Notes: generated by a model from the sequence alone, not told the origin. Positions 52,070 through 61,848 are shown, numbered from the stretch's first letter. The stretch: 64,000 bases of DNA from an uncultured Armatimonadetes bacterium (GCA_963717145.1 OY970325.1:4064001-4128000), one strand, 5' to 3'. Numbers and translations are program-made.

Positions 52070-53450
52070 CGCGGTCGGCCTCCTTTTCGGTCGGGCATAT
52101 TCCGAACGCGTCGCAGATCGTGTCGAGCCGGGTGGAGACATCGTCCCCCGCGTACTCCTTGATCCGGATCATCGGCTGGTGGCAAATCTTGTTCACGATC
52201 GAGCGAGTCGTCTGGTTGACGGCCTCGATCTCCTCCTCGGACAGGTTCGGCAGCCGGGCGCGGAGTCTCTCCAACTCCGACTGCCTGATCTCCTCGAACT
52301 TGTCTCTGAGCGCGGTGATGACCGGCACGGCGTCCAACGTGCGGAACCAATCCATGAACTTCTCGACCTCCTCGCGGACGATCACCTCCACCTTCGCGAT
52401 CTCGGCATCCCGCTCCTCCGCGTCGGCGGCGACCACCGCCTGCAGGTCGTCGATGTTGTACAGGAAAACGTCGTCCAGTTCACCGACCTCGGGTTCGACA
52501 TCCCTGGGCACTGCGAGGTCGATGATGAAGACCGGCCGGCCCCGACGGACCCGCATCGCCTGCGAGACCATATCCCGCGTGACGATCGGCTTCCCGGCGG
52601 CGGTCGAGGTGATGACGATGTCCGATCTCTGCATGGCCGACTGTATCTCATCGAACTTGAGAGGCCTTCCGCCGAACCGCTCGGCGAGATCGACCGCCCG
52701 CTCGTATGTCCGATTCGCGACGAGCACGGAGGTCACTCCCGCTGATGAGAGATGAGTCGCAGTCAGTTCGCCCATCTTTCCCGCGCCAACGATCAGGACC
52801 GTGCGGCCTTTGAGCGGGTCGAAGATCGAGCGCGCGAGTTGGACCGCCGCGTATCCTACGGAGAACGCGCCTCGACCGATCTCAGTCTCGGTGCGGGAGC
52901 GCTTCCCGACGGTGATCGCCTGCTGGAATAGCGCATTGAGCACCGGGCCGGTCGCTCCCGCCTCGGATGCCGCCGCATAAGCCGATTTCACCTGCCCGAG
53001 AACCTGCGCCTCCCCGAGGATCATGGAGTCGATCCCCGAAGCGACGCGAAAGAGGTGCTCGATCGCCTTGTGGCCGGAAAGGGAGTAGAGATGCGGCTCG
53101 AACGACTCGCGGGCGAGGCCACTGCGCTCGGCGATGGCCTCGATGATGTCGTCGGCTGCCCTCACCCCCGACCCCTCTCCCGGAGGGCGAGGGGAGACTC
53201 CACCCTCTACCTTCGGTTGTTCCCCCTCGCCCTCCGGGAGAGGGGTCGGGGGTGAGGGTCGACTCTGTAAGGTCGTCCAGGCGTAGATCTCGGTCCGATT
53301 GCAGGTCGAGAGGACTACGGCCTCCCTCAACCCTTCGTTCCTCAGTAGAGCATCGAGGAACGCCTTCGGGTCGCTCTCGGGCATGCAGAGTCGCTCGCGG
53401 ATCTCGACCGGAGCGGTCACGTGGTTCAGGCCTATGACTACCAGATGCAC
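52062..53450 (-). CDS. hemA: Glutamyl-tRNA reductase with an in-frame palindromic insertion
   Basis: STCNRTEIY, GEAQVLGQVK, GAGKMG, DLAVPRDVE. Confidence 0.95.
   Translation of the reverse strand: MHLVVIGLNHVTAPVEIRERLCMPESDPKAFLDALLRNEGLREAVVLSTCNRTEIYAWTTLQSRPSPPTPLPEGEGEQPKVEGGVSPRPPGEGSGVRAADDIIEAIAERSGLARESFEPHLYSLSGHKAIEHLFRVASGIDSMILGEAQVLGQVKSAYAAASEAGATGPVLNALFQQAITVGKRSRTETEIGRGAFSVGYAAVQLARSIFDPLKGRTVLIVGAGKMGELTATHLSSAGVTSVLVANRTYERAVDLAERFGGRPLKFDEIQSAMQRSDIVITSTAAGKPIVTRDMVSQAMRVRRGRPVFIIDLAVPRDVEPEVGELDDVFLYNIDDLQAVVAADAEERDAEIAKVEVIVREEVEKFMDWFRTLDAVPVITALRDKFEEIRQSELERLRARLPNLSEEEIEAVNQTTRSIVNKICHQPMIRIKEYAGDDVSTRLDTICDAFGICPTEKEADRDV
53159..53258. repeat. Perfect 36-bp-arm palindrome inside hemA
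   Basis: 53159-53194 is the reverse complement of 53223-53258. Confidence 0.95.
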
Positions 53451-54065
53451 TTGTGAGCTGTCTCCAGTGCCTCGTCATGCCGCCCCTCCGCCAGAAGGCG
53501 CAGCGCATTCGAGTCGAGGATTCGGTTGTATGCGCTCGCTCGCTCGTCCATCGTGGCGTACTTCGCCTTGATCTCGCTTCTGAGAGAGCCGAGCAGGTCG
53601 GCGAGCATTCCGTACTCCGGGCCGTAGCGCGCCTCTATCTCCTCGCGGATCCGGCGAGCCATCGCCGGGCTCTTCCCGGAGGTCGAGACGCTGATGACGA
53701 GGTCGCCGCGCATGACCGACGCCGGCACGAAGAAACTGCACAGCTCGGGGTCGTCGACAACGTTGACAAGTATGCGCCGATCCCGGGCGTCGGAGGATAC
53801 CTGCTTGTTTGTTCCCCGATCGTCGGTCGCGCCAATCACCAGGAACGCGCCGTCCAGATGCTCGGGGCGGTATTCCGAATCGACGTGCTCGATCCGGCCT
53901 TTGGATGCCCACTCGGCGAGCTTGGAGGTGATCTCAGGCGATATGACGCGGACGGAGGCGCCGAATTCGAGGAGCGATTCGACCTTCCGCTCCGCGACGG
54001 GTCTACCCGCCGATAACCGCGCAGGTCTGACCGCTCAGACTGAGGTTGATTGGATAATGGGACAT
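53438..54065 (-). CDS. Precorrin-2 dehydrogenase/ferrochelatase (SirC/CysG N-terminal); frameshift near 54005
   Basis: MSHYPINL..VIGG, then VAERKV..ATDD..VNVVDDPELCSF..STSGKSP after a 1-nt shift. Confidence 0.85.
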
Positions 54066-54133
54066 GGTTGATGGTCGATGGCTGATGGTTGATGGGGATT
54101 CGGGACGTTAACCATCAGCCATCAACCATTCCC

Positions 54134-54955
54134 TCATTTCGCGTAAGCGTGCAGGCCGCCGAGAAGGTTCACGCCGTACAGGGTGAAGAGCACTGCCGCG
54201 AATCCGACGATCGTCATGATCGCCGACTTCCGGCCTCGCCAGCCGTGTGTAGATCGCATGTGCAGGAACGACGCGTAGATCAGCCACGTGATGAGCGCCC
54301 AGGTCTCCTTCGGGTCCCAACTCCAGTACGTGCCCCATGCCTTCTGCGCCCAGATCGCGCCAGTGATCAGCAGAAGCGTCTGCATCAGGAATCCGAAGCT
54401 GATCAGCCGATATATCGTCTGATCGAGGACCGCCGCCGATGGAATCCTGGTGGCCCAGAAGGAAGCCTGGCCCTCGTTCTTCTCGCGGATGAGATACATG
54501 ATCGCCGCACCGACGGCGATGGCGAAGGCCGAATACGCCAGGATCGCCGTTGCGATGTGCGGTACGCGCCACGCGCTCCGCAGCGCCGGCATCGTCGGGT
54601 TCACGTCGATCGGCAGTCGGATGGCCAGGAGAGAGATCCCTGCCACAAGCGGTACGGCGAACGAACCGTAGGCCCGGGTCTTCGTCAGGAATTCGAGGCC
54701 GAGGTAGACGATCACTGCACCCCATGCGTACGATAGCATGTATTCGTACAGGTTCAGGAACGGTGGTCGCTGGGCCGCCACGGTCCGCACGACAAGCGAC
54801 CCTGTGTGGAACGCTAGACCGATGAGCAGGAGCGCGAGCCCGGCTTGGCCGATCGCGCGCCTCTTGTCGAAAAGGTGGACGACGTAGAATACGGCTGCGG
54901 CCAGGTAGATCCAGAATGCTATCGTAAAGAGCGTCGAGCCCAGTGTGACTGTCAT
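54134..54955 (-). CDS. ccsA: Cytochrome c biogenesis protein CcsA/ResC family (second copy)
   Basis: PFLNLYE, PALRSAW, GAIWAQKAWGTYWSWDPKETW, GLHAY. Confidence 0.9.
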   Translation of the reverse strand: MTVTLGSTLFTIAFWIYLAAAVFYVVHLFDKRRAIGQAGLALLLIGLAFHTGSLVVRTVAAQRPPFLNLYEYMLSYAWGAVIVYLGLEFLTKTRAYGSFAVPLVAGISLLAIRLPIDVNPTMPALRSAWRVPHIATAILAYSAFAIAVGAAIMYLIREKNEGQASFWATRIPSAAVLDQTIYRLISFGFLMQTLLLITGAIWAQKAWGTYWSWDPKETWALITWLIYASFLHMRSTHGWRGRKSAIMTIVGFAAVLFTLYGVNLLGGLHAYAK

Positions 54956-55021
54956 ATCATCTCCCATATGGAGTGCGGAAGCGGAGTCCTCATCAGCCTC
55001 CGCACTCCACGGCAATCCGTC

Positions 55022-55966
55022 TTACTTAGTCGCCTTCTTGAAGTTGTGCTGGCCTTCGGGCATATGGCACGACGCGCAGGTCGCATCGGCAGCCGCCTGA
55101 GGGGCATGTGTCTTCATGTCGGTGACCTTCCCGGCATGGCATCCGAGGCAGAGGTCGTTCACCGGCTTCTTCAACTGGGACTTGCCGCTCGCCACGGTGT
55201 GCGGATCGTGGCAGGTTTCGCAGTTGACGCCCACCTGTGCGTGTTTGCTGGTGATGAACTCCGAATACTGCTGGTTGTTCCCCGGCATGGTCGGCTTGGC
55301 ATCCACGAGGAACTTGGTCAGGTCGTCCCCCGGCATGAATCCTACGGGATGCGCGAACTTGCCGCTCGGGTCCTTGCCCGAGGAGTGACACTGGCCGCAG
55401 ACCATAGCCTGCTTCGCCTTGTCGAGCTTGGCCGGGTTCACGATGGAAGTCTTGTTTGCCATGTGGTCGCTGCCCGGACCGTGGCACGACTCACACTGCA
55501 CTCCCTCCGCGAGGAACTTCTTCGTGGCGGGATCGAAACCGGTCGTGTGGCATGAGATGCACAGAGTGGTGCCGTCACACTCGGTCGTTGGCTTCCACTG
55601 CTTCTCCTTCACGTACCACATGGCGGGCAGGACCTTGAAGTTGGCGTCGAGGTAGGCCTGCTTGTTGCGGCCCTTGCCGAGCACCCACGCCACCTTGTCC
55701 TTCGTGAAGGCGGAATTCGAGGCGAAATCGCCGACGATAGCGCCCTCCGCGGAGGCCTTCTGCATGGCCTTCGGATGGGAGGTCTTATCGAAAAGCGGGA
55801 CGAAGGCCTTGCCCTTCTCCAGATTCTGGTGGCACATCTTGCACATCGCATAGCCCTTGTACGCTGCCTTGTGGACATCCCAGGCATCCTGGGCCAGCGC
55901 CGTCAGACCGAAGATGGCAAGAACGACGATCGCAACGGACGAGAACACGAAAACTCTTCTGCGCAT
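55022..55966 (-). CDS. Multiheme (7 CxxCH) c-type cytochrome
   Basis: CKMCH, CISCH, CESCH, CGQCH, CETCH, CLGCH, CASCH; signal peptide. Confidence 0.9.
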   Translation of the reverse strand: MRRRVFVFSSVAIVVLAIFGLTALAQDAWDVHKAAYKGYAMCKMCHQNLEKGKAFVPLFDKTSHPKAMQKASAEGAIVGDFASNSAFTKDKVAWVLGKGRNKQAYLDANFKVLPAMWYVKEKQWKPTTECDGTTLCISCHTTGFDPATKKFLAEGVQCESCHGPGSDHMANKTSIVNPAKLDKAKQAMVCGQCHSSGKDPSGKFAHPVGFMPGDDLTKFLVDAKPTMPGNNQQYSEFITSKHAQVGVNCETCHDPHTVASGKSQLKKPVNDLCLGCHAGKVTDMKTHAPQAAADATCASCHMPEGQHNFKKATK

Positions 55967-56449
55967 ACACTTCGCTCCTTAAGTGACGATAAGTGGTGGG
56001 ATTATAGCATATCCGATGCTCCTCGTGCAAGAGCTTCTGCCCCGGTTCGCGCTCATTCGTGTGTAGTCGTGCCTGGATGACACGAGCGTGGGCCATTCGA
56101 ATGCCCTCGCAGGAAGCGTTTTCGGATCGCCATGCATCCCACAATAGCTTATACTACCCGAAAGGCCGAATTGTTACCACACGTCTGTCGAGTGGCACGG
56201 CCCTCAATGCTGGTGAGCCGTGCCGGGGCGGAAATCGCAAACAATTTCACAATAGTTTGCAGTTGCCAAGGCATTGGGTACAGGTACCTCGATTATTAAG
56301 AAAAAAATCCCCAAAGAAGCCTTTCTTGCCCTCCGCCTTGCAGGAGTTTATGGAAACTCTGGCAAACTGTTACATATAGGAGGGCGTTCGCCCCGGATGG
56401 CTCTGGAGCCATCGAATGAACTACATCCAAAGGAGGATGGGCATCCACA

Positions 56450-57835
56450 ATGTACAACACGATGCAACGAATTTCCACCCTGTTGCTCATCGGGCTGATC
56501 GCGCTGTCAGCCGCGACTGCAGGAGTGAAGCCGAATGGCCTGATCTCCGACAATGCGGTGCTCCAGCGAGGGATATCCGTGCCGATCTGGGGTACCGCGG
56601 ACCAGGGCGAGAAGGTGACTGTCAGGTTCCAGGGCCAGACCGTTTCGACGACGGCTTACGGTGGCCTGTGGATCGTCCGACTGAAACCACTGAAGGCAGG
56701 TGGCCCGTTCACCATGCAGATCAACGACCTGGAGTTGAAGAACATCCTCGTCGGCGAGGTCTGGATCTGCAGCGGGCAATCGAACATGGCGTTTGCGCTC
56801 TCCAAGAGCGAGAACGGCGAATCCGCCACCGCGTCCTCGAAGGATCCGATGCTCCGAATCCTTACCGTTCCGAAGACCGACAAGACAGGCGAATTCGCCG
56901 TCTCGTGGCGAGAGTGCGGGCCGGAGACCATCGGCAGCTTCTCGGCGGTCGGCTACTTCTTCGGCCGGGATCTGCGAAAGGACTTGAAGGTACCGATCGG
57001 CCTGATCGACTCCTCCGTCGGTGGCACTCCCGCCGAGGCGTGGACGAGCCGTCTGGCCATTCGGGCCAATCCCGATCTCAAGGGAATGCTCACGAACTCG
57101 GCTCGCACCGGGAAGGGACGACCGGGCGCGCTCCACGCTGCAATGATTGCGCCTCTGCAGCCCTACGCCATTCGAGGCGTCATCTGGTATCAGGGCGAGG
57201 CCAATGCCGCTCGAGCGCAGGAGTACCGCACCCTGTTCCCTTCGATGATCGCCGACTGGCGCAGTGCCTGGGGGCAGGGCGACTTCCCGTTCCTGTTCGT
57301 CCAGCTTGCTCCGTATGCGACCAATCTCCCCGAGGGCACATGGGCTGAGCTTCGCGAGGCCCAGCTTGTGACCTCCAAGACAGTGCCGAACACCGCGATG
57401 GCGGTCATCACCGATCTTGGCGAGGAGAATGATATCCATCCCAAGAAGAAAGAGCCGGTGGGCGGGCGACTGGCTCTTGCGGCCCGTGCTCTCGCTTACG
57501 GTGAGCGGATCGAGTACTCAGGCCCGATCTACAGCAAGGCTGTGATCGTCGACGACAAGATGATCCTGTGCTTCGATCACGTCAACGGCGGACTGGTGGC
57601 CAAAGGTGAGACGCTGGCCGGCTTCACCATCGCCGGCAAGGATGGGAGCTACTATCCGGCCAAGGCGGAGATCAGGCGGGACAAATGCGTCCTCGTTTCG
57701 AGTCCGGAGGTGCCGAAACCGACCTCCGTCAGATACGGATGGTCGAACTGGATGGCTGTGAACCTGTTCAACAAGGCCGGACTCCCGGCCAGCCCGTTCT
57801 GCAGTTGCGACTTCCCCATGAAGATGGTGGACTAG
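56450..57835 (+). CDS. Sialate O-acetylesterase family protein
   Basis: GEVWICSGQSNM, GGTPAEAW, WYQGEAN, DIHP. Confidence 0.92.
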   Translation: MYNTMQRISTLLLIGLIALSAATAGVKPNGLISDNAVLQRGISVPIWGTADQGEKVTVRFQGQTVSTTAYGGLWIVRLKPLKAGGPFTMQINDLELKNILVGEVWICSGQSNMAFALSKSENGESATASSKDPMLRILTVPKTDKTGEFAVSWRECGPETIGSFSAVGYFFGRDLRKDLKVPIGLIDSSVGGTPAEAWTSRLAIRANPDLKGMLTNSARTGKGRPGALHAAMIAPLQPYAIRGVIWYQGEANAARAQEYRTLFPSMIADWRSAWGQGDFPFLFVQLAPYATNLPEGTWAELREAQLVTSKTVPNTAMAVITDLGEENDIHPKKKEPVGGRLALAARALAYGERIEYSGPIYSKAVIVDDKMILCFDHVNGGLVAKGETLAGFTIAGKDGSYYPAKAEIRRDKCVLVSSPEVPKPTSVRYGWSNWMAVNLFNKAGLPASPFCSCDFPMKMVD

Positions 57836-57929
57836 CCGCGTGATCGGTGTATCACTGCGAGGCCGGCCGGGTTCTCCGGCTGGCCTCAACATCATATGCA
57901 GGACTCTCCTCCTCTTCCGCAGAACTCAT

Positions 57930-58586
57930 ATGCAAATACCGGGGGAGGATATATATACCTTGCAGCTATCATCCAAGCGTTCTGTTTCTGTCTACGTCAT
58001 CCTGTTCCTCGTCGCCGCGATCGCCGTCTCTCGCCCGGTTCACGCGCAGAAAGCGCCGCCGGATCCGTCATTCGCCGCCGCCCAGCTCGAACTCCTGCGC
58101 GCGCAGATCGAGACCGAGAAGACGCGCATGGAGTATTACCGCACACAGACCGAGGCCAACGGCGAGAAGCAAGCCGTGCCGCTGGTGAAGAAGTTCCTGA
58201 ACGATCCGGCCGACGCGGTCGGGGCGTTCGGCGCGGTGATAGGGTTCTTCCTCGCATTCTTCGTGCTCCTGGGCAATCGGGACGCGACCCGCATGCACAT
58301 GAGGGATATGGAGTTCTACGAAACGCTCAGGCGGTTCGGTGACGGCAGTCCCGCGATGCGGGCCGGCGCGTCCGGCATACTGGCGGTGATGGGTGGAGTC
58401 CGGAATCGCCGGTCGCGTCCGTACCTCGATACGGCGGTCGACCAGCTCATCGCGGGCCACCGCCTCGAGGAGAACGACGCGGTCCGTGACGCGATGACGG
58501 CCGCCCTCAAGCATCTCATCCTCACCGATCCGATCCGAGTCCGCACCAAACTCTCCGCCGCCGGCATCAAGCTCCCGGAAGGCTGA
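57930..58586 (+). CDS. Membrane hypothetical protein
   Basis: Signal/TM segments, coiled coil; start uncertain. Confidence 0.6.
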   Translation: MQIPGEDIYTLQLSSKRSVSVYVILFLVAAIAVSRPVHAQKAPPDPSFAAAQLELLRAQIETEKTRMEYYRTQTEANGEKQAVPLVKKFLNDPADAVGAFGAVIGFFLAFFVLLGNRDATRMHMRDMEFYETLRRFGDGSPAMRAGASGILAVMGGVRNRRSRPYLDTAVDQLIAGHRLEENDAVRDAMTAALKHLILTDPIRVRTKLSAAGIKLPEG

Positions 58587-59054
58587 GTGGGAAACACGAA
58601 TGACACGAACGGACGAATAGGCTCAGCTTGCCTGTATATAAGGGACACGCACCTACTTCCAACTCAGCGTCGGAACCGTCGCCGGTTGGGCGAACAGGCC
58701 GAGCCTACGCCATGCCTCCCAGTCCTGGAAGCGCTGACCGGTCGCATCCTCCCTATTCGCGAACACCTCGCGTGAGCGTTAGTGATGACGCGGCGAGCGT
58801 ATCCGTCGCGGAGTCTTGGGCAGTTGAAGGGAGTTGCTCGTGGAGATGAAGCACGGGAGGAGGTAAGCGTGCCACGGATTCAGGTTCGCGCGGGCGTTCG
58901 GTGCGGTGTATGAGTTCGTGGAGGGGGCTGAGTGTGATAATAGCGGGTCAGACTGTTGACCATTCTGTAAATACCGTGCCTGTCCCAGTTTCCCAGTTTC
59001 CTCCGCTTGGCGTTCTTGGCGACTTGGCGGTTCCAACTCCATGCGTCGCAGAAA

Positions 59055-59097
59055 CCCCCTCGGCCCAGAGGCCGGTCCCCCTTCGTAAGGGGGACAT
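59055..59097. repeat. CCCC/GGGG-type REP; exact inverted copy at 60829-60871
   Basis: 43-bp identity in opposite orientation. Confidence 0.85.
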
Positions 59098-59197
59098 CAT
59101 GTGCTCCCCCCATCAACCATGAACCATCAACCATTGCCCAACTCCGATGTGGTATACTGTTCACTGATTACCGTTCACCGTTCACCGGAGGTAACCC

Positions 59198-60178
59198 ATG
59201 ACACGCATACGCCCGCGACGGCTGCGGGTCTCCGAGGCCATGAGGCGCATGGTCTGCGAGACCGAGCTGTCCGTCAACGATTTGATCTACCCGATGTTCG
59301 TCATGCCCGGCGAAGGATCCCGTGTGGAGATCCCATCGATGCCGGGGTGCTTTCGCATGTCGGTCGACGAGCTGTGCAAGGAAGCCGCCGAGGTCCAGGC
59401 GCTCGGCATCCCGGGGATATTGCTATTCGGGCTGCCGGAGTCGAAAGACGAGATCGGCTCGGGCGCATATGACCCCGAGGGGATCGTCCAGCAGGCGGTC
59501 CGTGCGATCAAGTCGTCCGTGAAAGACCTGCTCGTCATCACCGACGTGTGCATGTGCGAATACACGTCCCACGGCCACTGCGGGATCATCTCCGGCGAGA
59601 AGGTCCTGAACGACCGCACGGTCATGCTGCTCGCGAAGACCGCCCTCTCCCATGCGCAGGCGGGCGCGGATATCGTCGCCCCGTCCGACATGATGGACCT
59701 CCGCATCGGGGCGATCCGGGATGCGCTCGATGAGCATGGCTTCGAGGACACGGCGATCATGGCATACTCGGCGAAGTATTCGTCTGCGTTCTACGGCCCG
59801 TTCCGCGAGGCGGCGGAGTGCGCGCCTCAGTTCGGCGACCGGAAGGCATACCAGATGGACCCGGCGAATTCGCGCGAGGCCCTCAAGGAGGTCGCGCTCG
59901 ACATCGAGGAGGGCGCTGACATCGTGATGGTGAAGCCGGCGCTCGCGTACATGGACATCATCCGCCAGGTGAAGGACTCGACCGACATCCCCGTGGCGGC
60001 GTTCAACGTCTCTGGCGAGTACTCGATGGTGAAGGCGGCGGCGCAGAACGGCTGGATCGACGAACAGAAGGTCGTCTCGGAGATACTGACATCCCTCAAG
60101 CGCGCGGGCGCGGACATCATCCTGACCTACCACGCGATGGATGTGGCGGAGGGGATGGGGCGAATGGTTGATGGTTGA
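59198..60178 (+). CDS. hemB: Porphobilinogen synthase
   Basis: [38 protein letters not shown]. Confidence 0.97.
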   Translation: MTRIRPRRLRVSEAMRRMVCETELSVNDLIYPMFVMPGEGSRVEIPSMPGCFRMSVDELCKEAAEVQALGIPGILLFGLPESKDEIGSGAYDPEGIVQQAVRAIKSSVKDLLVITDVCMCEYTSHGHCGIISGEKVLNDRTVMLLAKTALSHAQAGADIVAPSDMMDLRIGAIRDALDEHGFEDTAIMAYSAKYSSAFYGPFREAAECAPQFGDRKAYQMDPANSREALKEVALDIEEGADIVMVKPALAYMDIIRQVKDSTDIPVAAFNVSGEYSMVKAAAQNGWIDEQKVVSEILTSLKRAGADIILTYHAMDVAEGMGRMVDG

Positions 60179-60233
60179 TGGGGAATGGCTGATGGGGGAA
60201 CGGTTCATGGTTGATGGCTGACGGGGACCGGAA

Positions 60234-60340
60234 CCCGCTAGTCCTGAGTGCGCCTCTGGGCGTGTATCGAAGGACGGCCTACGGAGTGCCACAAGGCCGT
60301 CCTTCGATACACGCCCAGAGGCGCACTCAGGACTAGCGGG
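60234..60340. repeat. Perfect 47-bp-arm palindrome (same family as 1420-1533)
   Basis: 60234-60280 is the reverse complement of 60294-60340. Confidence 0.9.
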
Positions 60341-60376
60341 TCCTGTTGTGCAGGGCTCAACCCACGAAGTTCCCAC

Positions 60377-60745
60377 AAAGAAAGAAGGCCGGCGATCACT
60401 CGATCGCCGGCCTTTCGGCTAGGTACGAAGTTGGCTCAATGAAAGCATCTCGCGGTTGTCTCGCCGCTGACGAATGCTAACCCCAGACAGTCCACCGCCA
60501 GCGCCCGCAAGGCCTGGGGAACTGCGCACCGATCGGTCTGGTAAGCGCATGATCCGCCGAATCTCTCTGTGGCGGATCAGCGTGGGCAAGGGAGTCGCCC
60601 GTCGCCGATCTTCCGGCATATGTTCCAATCGCTGGTCGCGGTGAAATCAATGAGAAGGGATACAGAAGCGGTACGCTGGTCAAAGAGGATCTAAGGCACA
60701 GCCACGCATCTCTTTCTCCTACTTCGACGGTCTGGCGCCGTCTTC
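60377..60745 (-). ncRNA. Candidate ~365-nt structured RNA (with a 9-codon mini-ORF)
   Basis: TTGACG-17-TATATT (60780-60752), chain of hairpins with minus-strand G-U pairs, intrinsic terminator 60377-60415. Confidence 0.55.
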
Positions 60746-60828
60746 TATAACAATATAATGCGGATACCGAATTCCGTCAACCGGCAAAAATACCTGTTTT
60801 GCGAAAAAGATGCGGGACGCGTCGGAAG

Positions 60829-60930
60829 ATGTCCCCCTTACGAAGGGGGACCGGCCTCTGGGCCGAGGGGGTATGTCTGCATGCAAACCTCCCCCGGCCT
60901 GCTGGCCGGCCCCTCCTTCGTAAGGAGGGG
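60829..60930. repeat. CCCC/GGGG-type REP pair
   Basis: tcccccttacgaaggggg ... cccctccttcgtaaggagggg. Confidence 0.8.
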
Positions 60931-60933
60931 CGC

Positions 60934-61737
60934 TTACAGGATCGGGGTCTGCGAAGGGATTCTGTCGCGGAAGAGAGTGATCGCCTCAAAGCCCGCCGAC
61001 CGGATCACGTCCAGTCCCCGCTCCAGACCGAAGCCCAGGTGCTCCCCGAGATGCGCGTCTGAGCCGATGGTGAGCAACTCCCCGCCGAACTCGCGGTACA
61101 GCTTGAGGGTCTCCAGCGCGGGGAACGGCTCCCCGCACGGCTGACGATATCCCGAGGTGTTCACCTCCAGCGCGATTCCCCGCTCGATCATCGTCCGCAG
61201 GATTGCCTCGATCTGCTCGCGGTACGGCTCGATGCTGAACGGGCCGAGGTACTTCACCCCGAATCGCTTGACGAGGTCGAAGTGCGCCAGGACGTCGAAG
61301 TTGGCGCACTCGGCCGCCTGCAGGACCTCATCGAAGTACCTGCGATAGAGGGCGACCCAATCGGTCGTACCGGTCTGAAAGTCGACCGAGACGACCGCAT
61401 CGCCGACCCAGTGGATGCCGGCGGTGAGGAAATCGAACTTCTCGTCGCCGAGGACCCGCTCGATCTCGCGGGGATAGAGGTGCGGCTCACCGAGTTCCGC
61501 GCCCTTGAGAATGCGGAGACGGTCGCCGAAATGCTCCCGGCAGTCATCGACATCGCGGGCGAAGTCGGCCGCATCGAAGAGGCCATAGCACTGGTCGTCC
61601 GGATTGCTGTCGAGGTGGTCGGTGAACGCGATCTCAGTCAGGCCGCGCTCGATGGCGAGGCGGCACATCTCCTCGACGGAGACGTGTCCGTCGCCGGAAT
61701 GGGTCGAATGAACGTGGTAGTCGATCAGGTGTGTCAC
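60934..61737 (-). CDS. PHP-domain histidinol-phosphatase (HisJ family)
   Basis: DYHVHSTHSGDG, FTDH, AHFD, LEVNTSG, GSDAH. Confidence 0.88.
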   Translation of the reverse strand: MTHLIDYHVHSTHSGDGHVSVEEMCRLAIERGLTEIAFTDHLDSNPDDQCYGLFDAADFARDVDDCREHFGDRLRILKGAELGEPHLYPREIERVLGDEKFDFLTAGIHWVGDAVVSVDFQTGTTDWVALYRRYFDEVLQAAECANFDVLAHFDLVKRFGVKYLGPFSIEPYREQIEAILRTMIERGIALEVNTSGYRQPCGEPFPALETLKLYREFGGELLTIGSDAHLGEHLGFGLERGLDVIRSAGFEAITLFRDRIPSQTPIL

Positions 61738-61778
61738 CCCCTAATGTTATCCGGCCCGGGCATACTCTCCTTGGGCAC

Positions 61779-61848
61779 AAGAAAAATGGCCCGCAGGGTG
61801 TTCGCCTGCGAGCCAAGTAAGTAAGGAGAAAAAGATGTCTTTTTCAAC
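61779..61848 (-). ncRNA. Candidate sigma54-dependent sRNA, copy A
   Basis: Promoter 61859-61874; conserved core; GC hairpin plus U-tract. Confidence 0.65.

Noticed and set aside
53990-54010. Programmed frameshift or readthrough in sirC
   Set aside because: No slippery sequence; a single-base error in a G run is the simpler explanation
56233-56254. Rex-like operator upstream of the cytochrome/heme operon
   Set aside because: One half-site TTGTGAA is perfect but the other matches only 4 of 7
58620-59000. Short ORFs between the membrane protein and hemB
   Set aside because: No recognisable motif or coding bias; possibly decayed sequence
60377-60745. tmRNA, RNase P, SRP or 6S identity
   Set aside because: No tRNA-like ends, no GAGGAAAGUCC, no SRP loop and no single long rod seen by eye; an Rfam search is still needed
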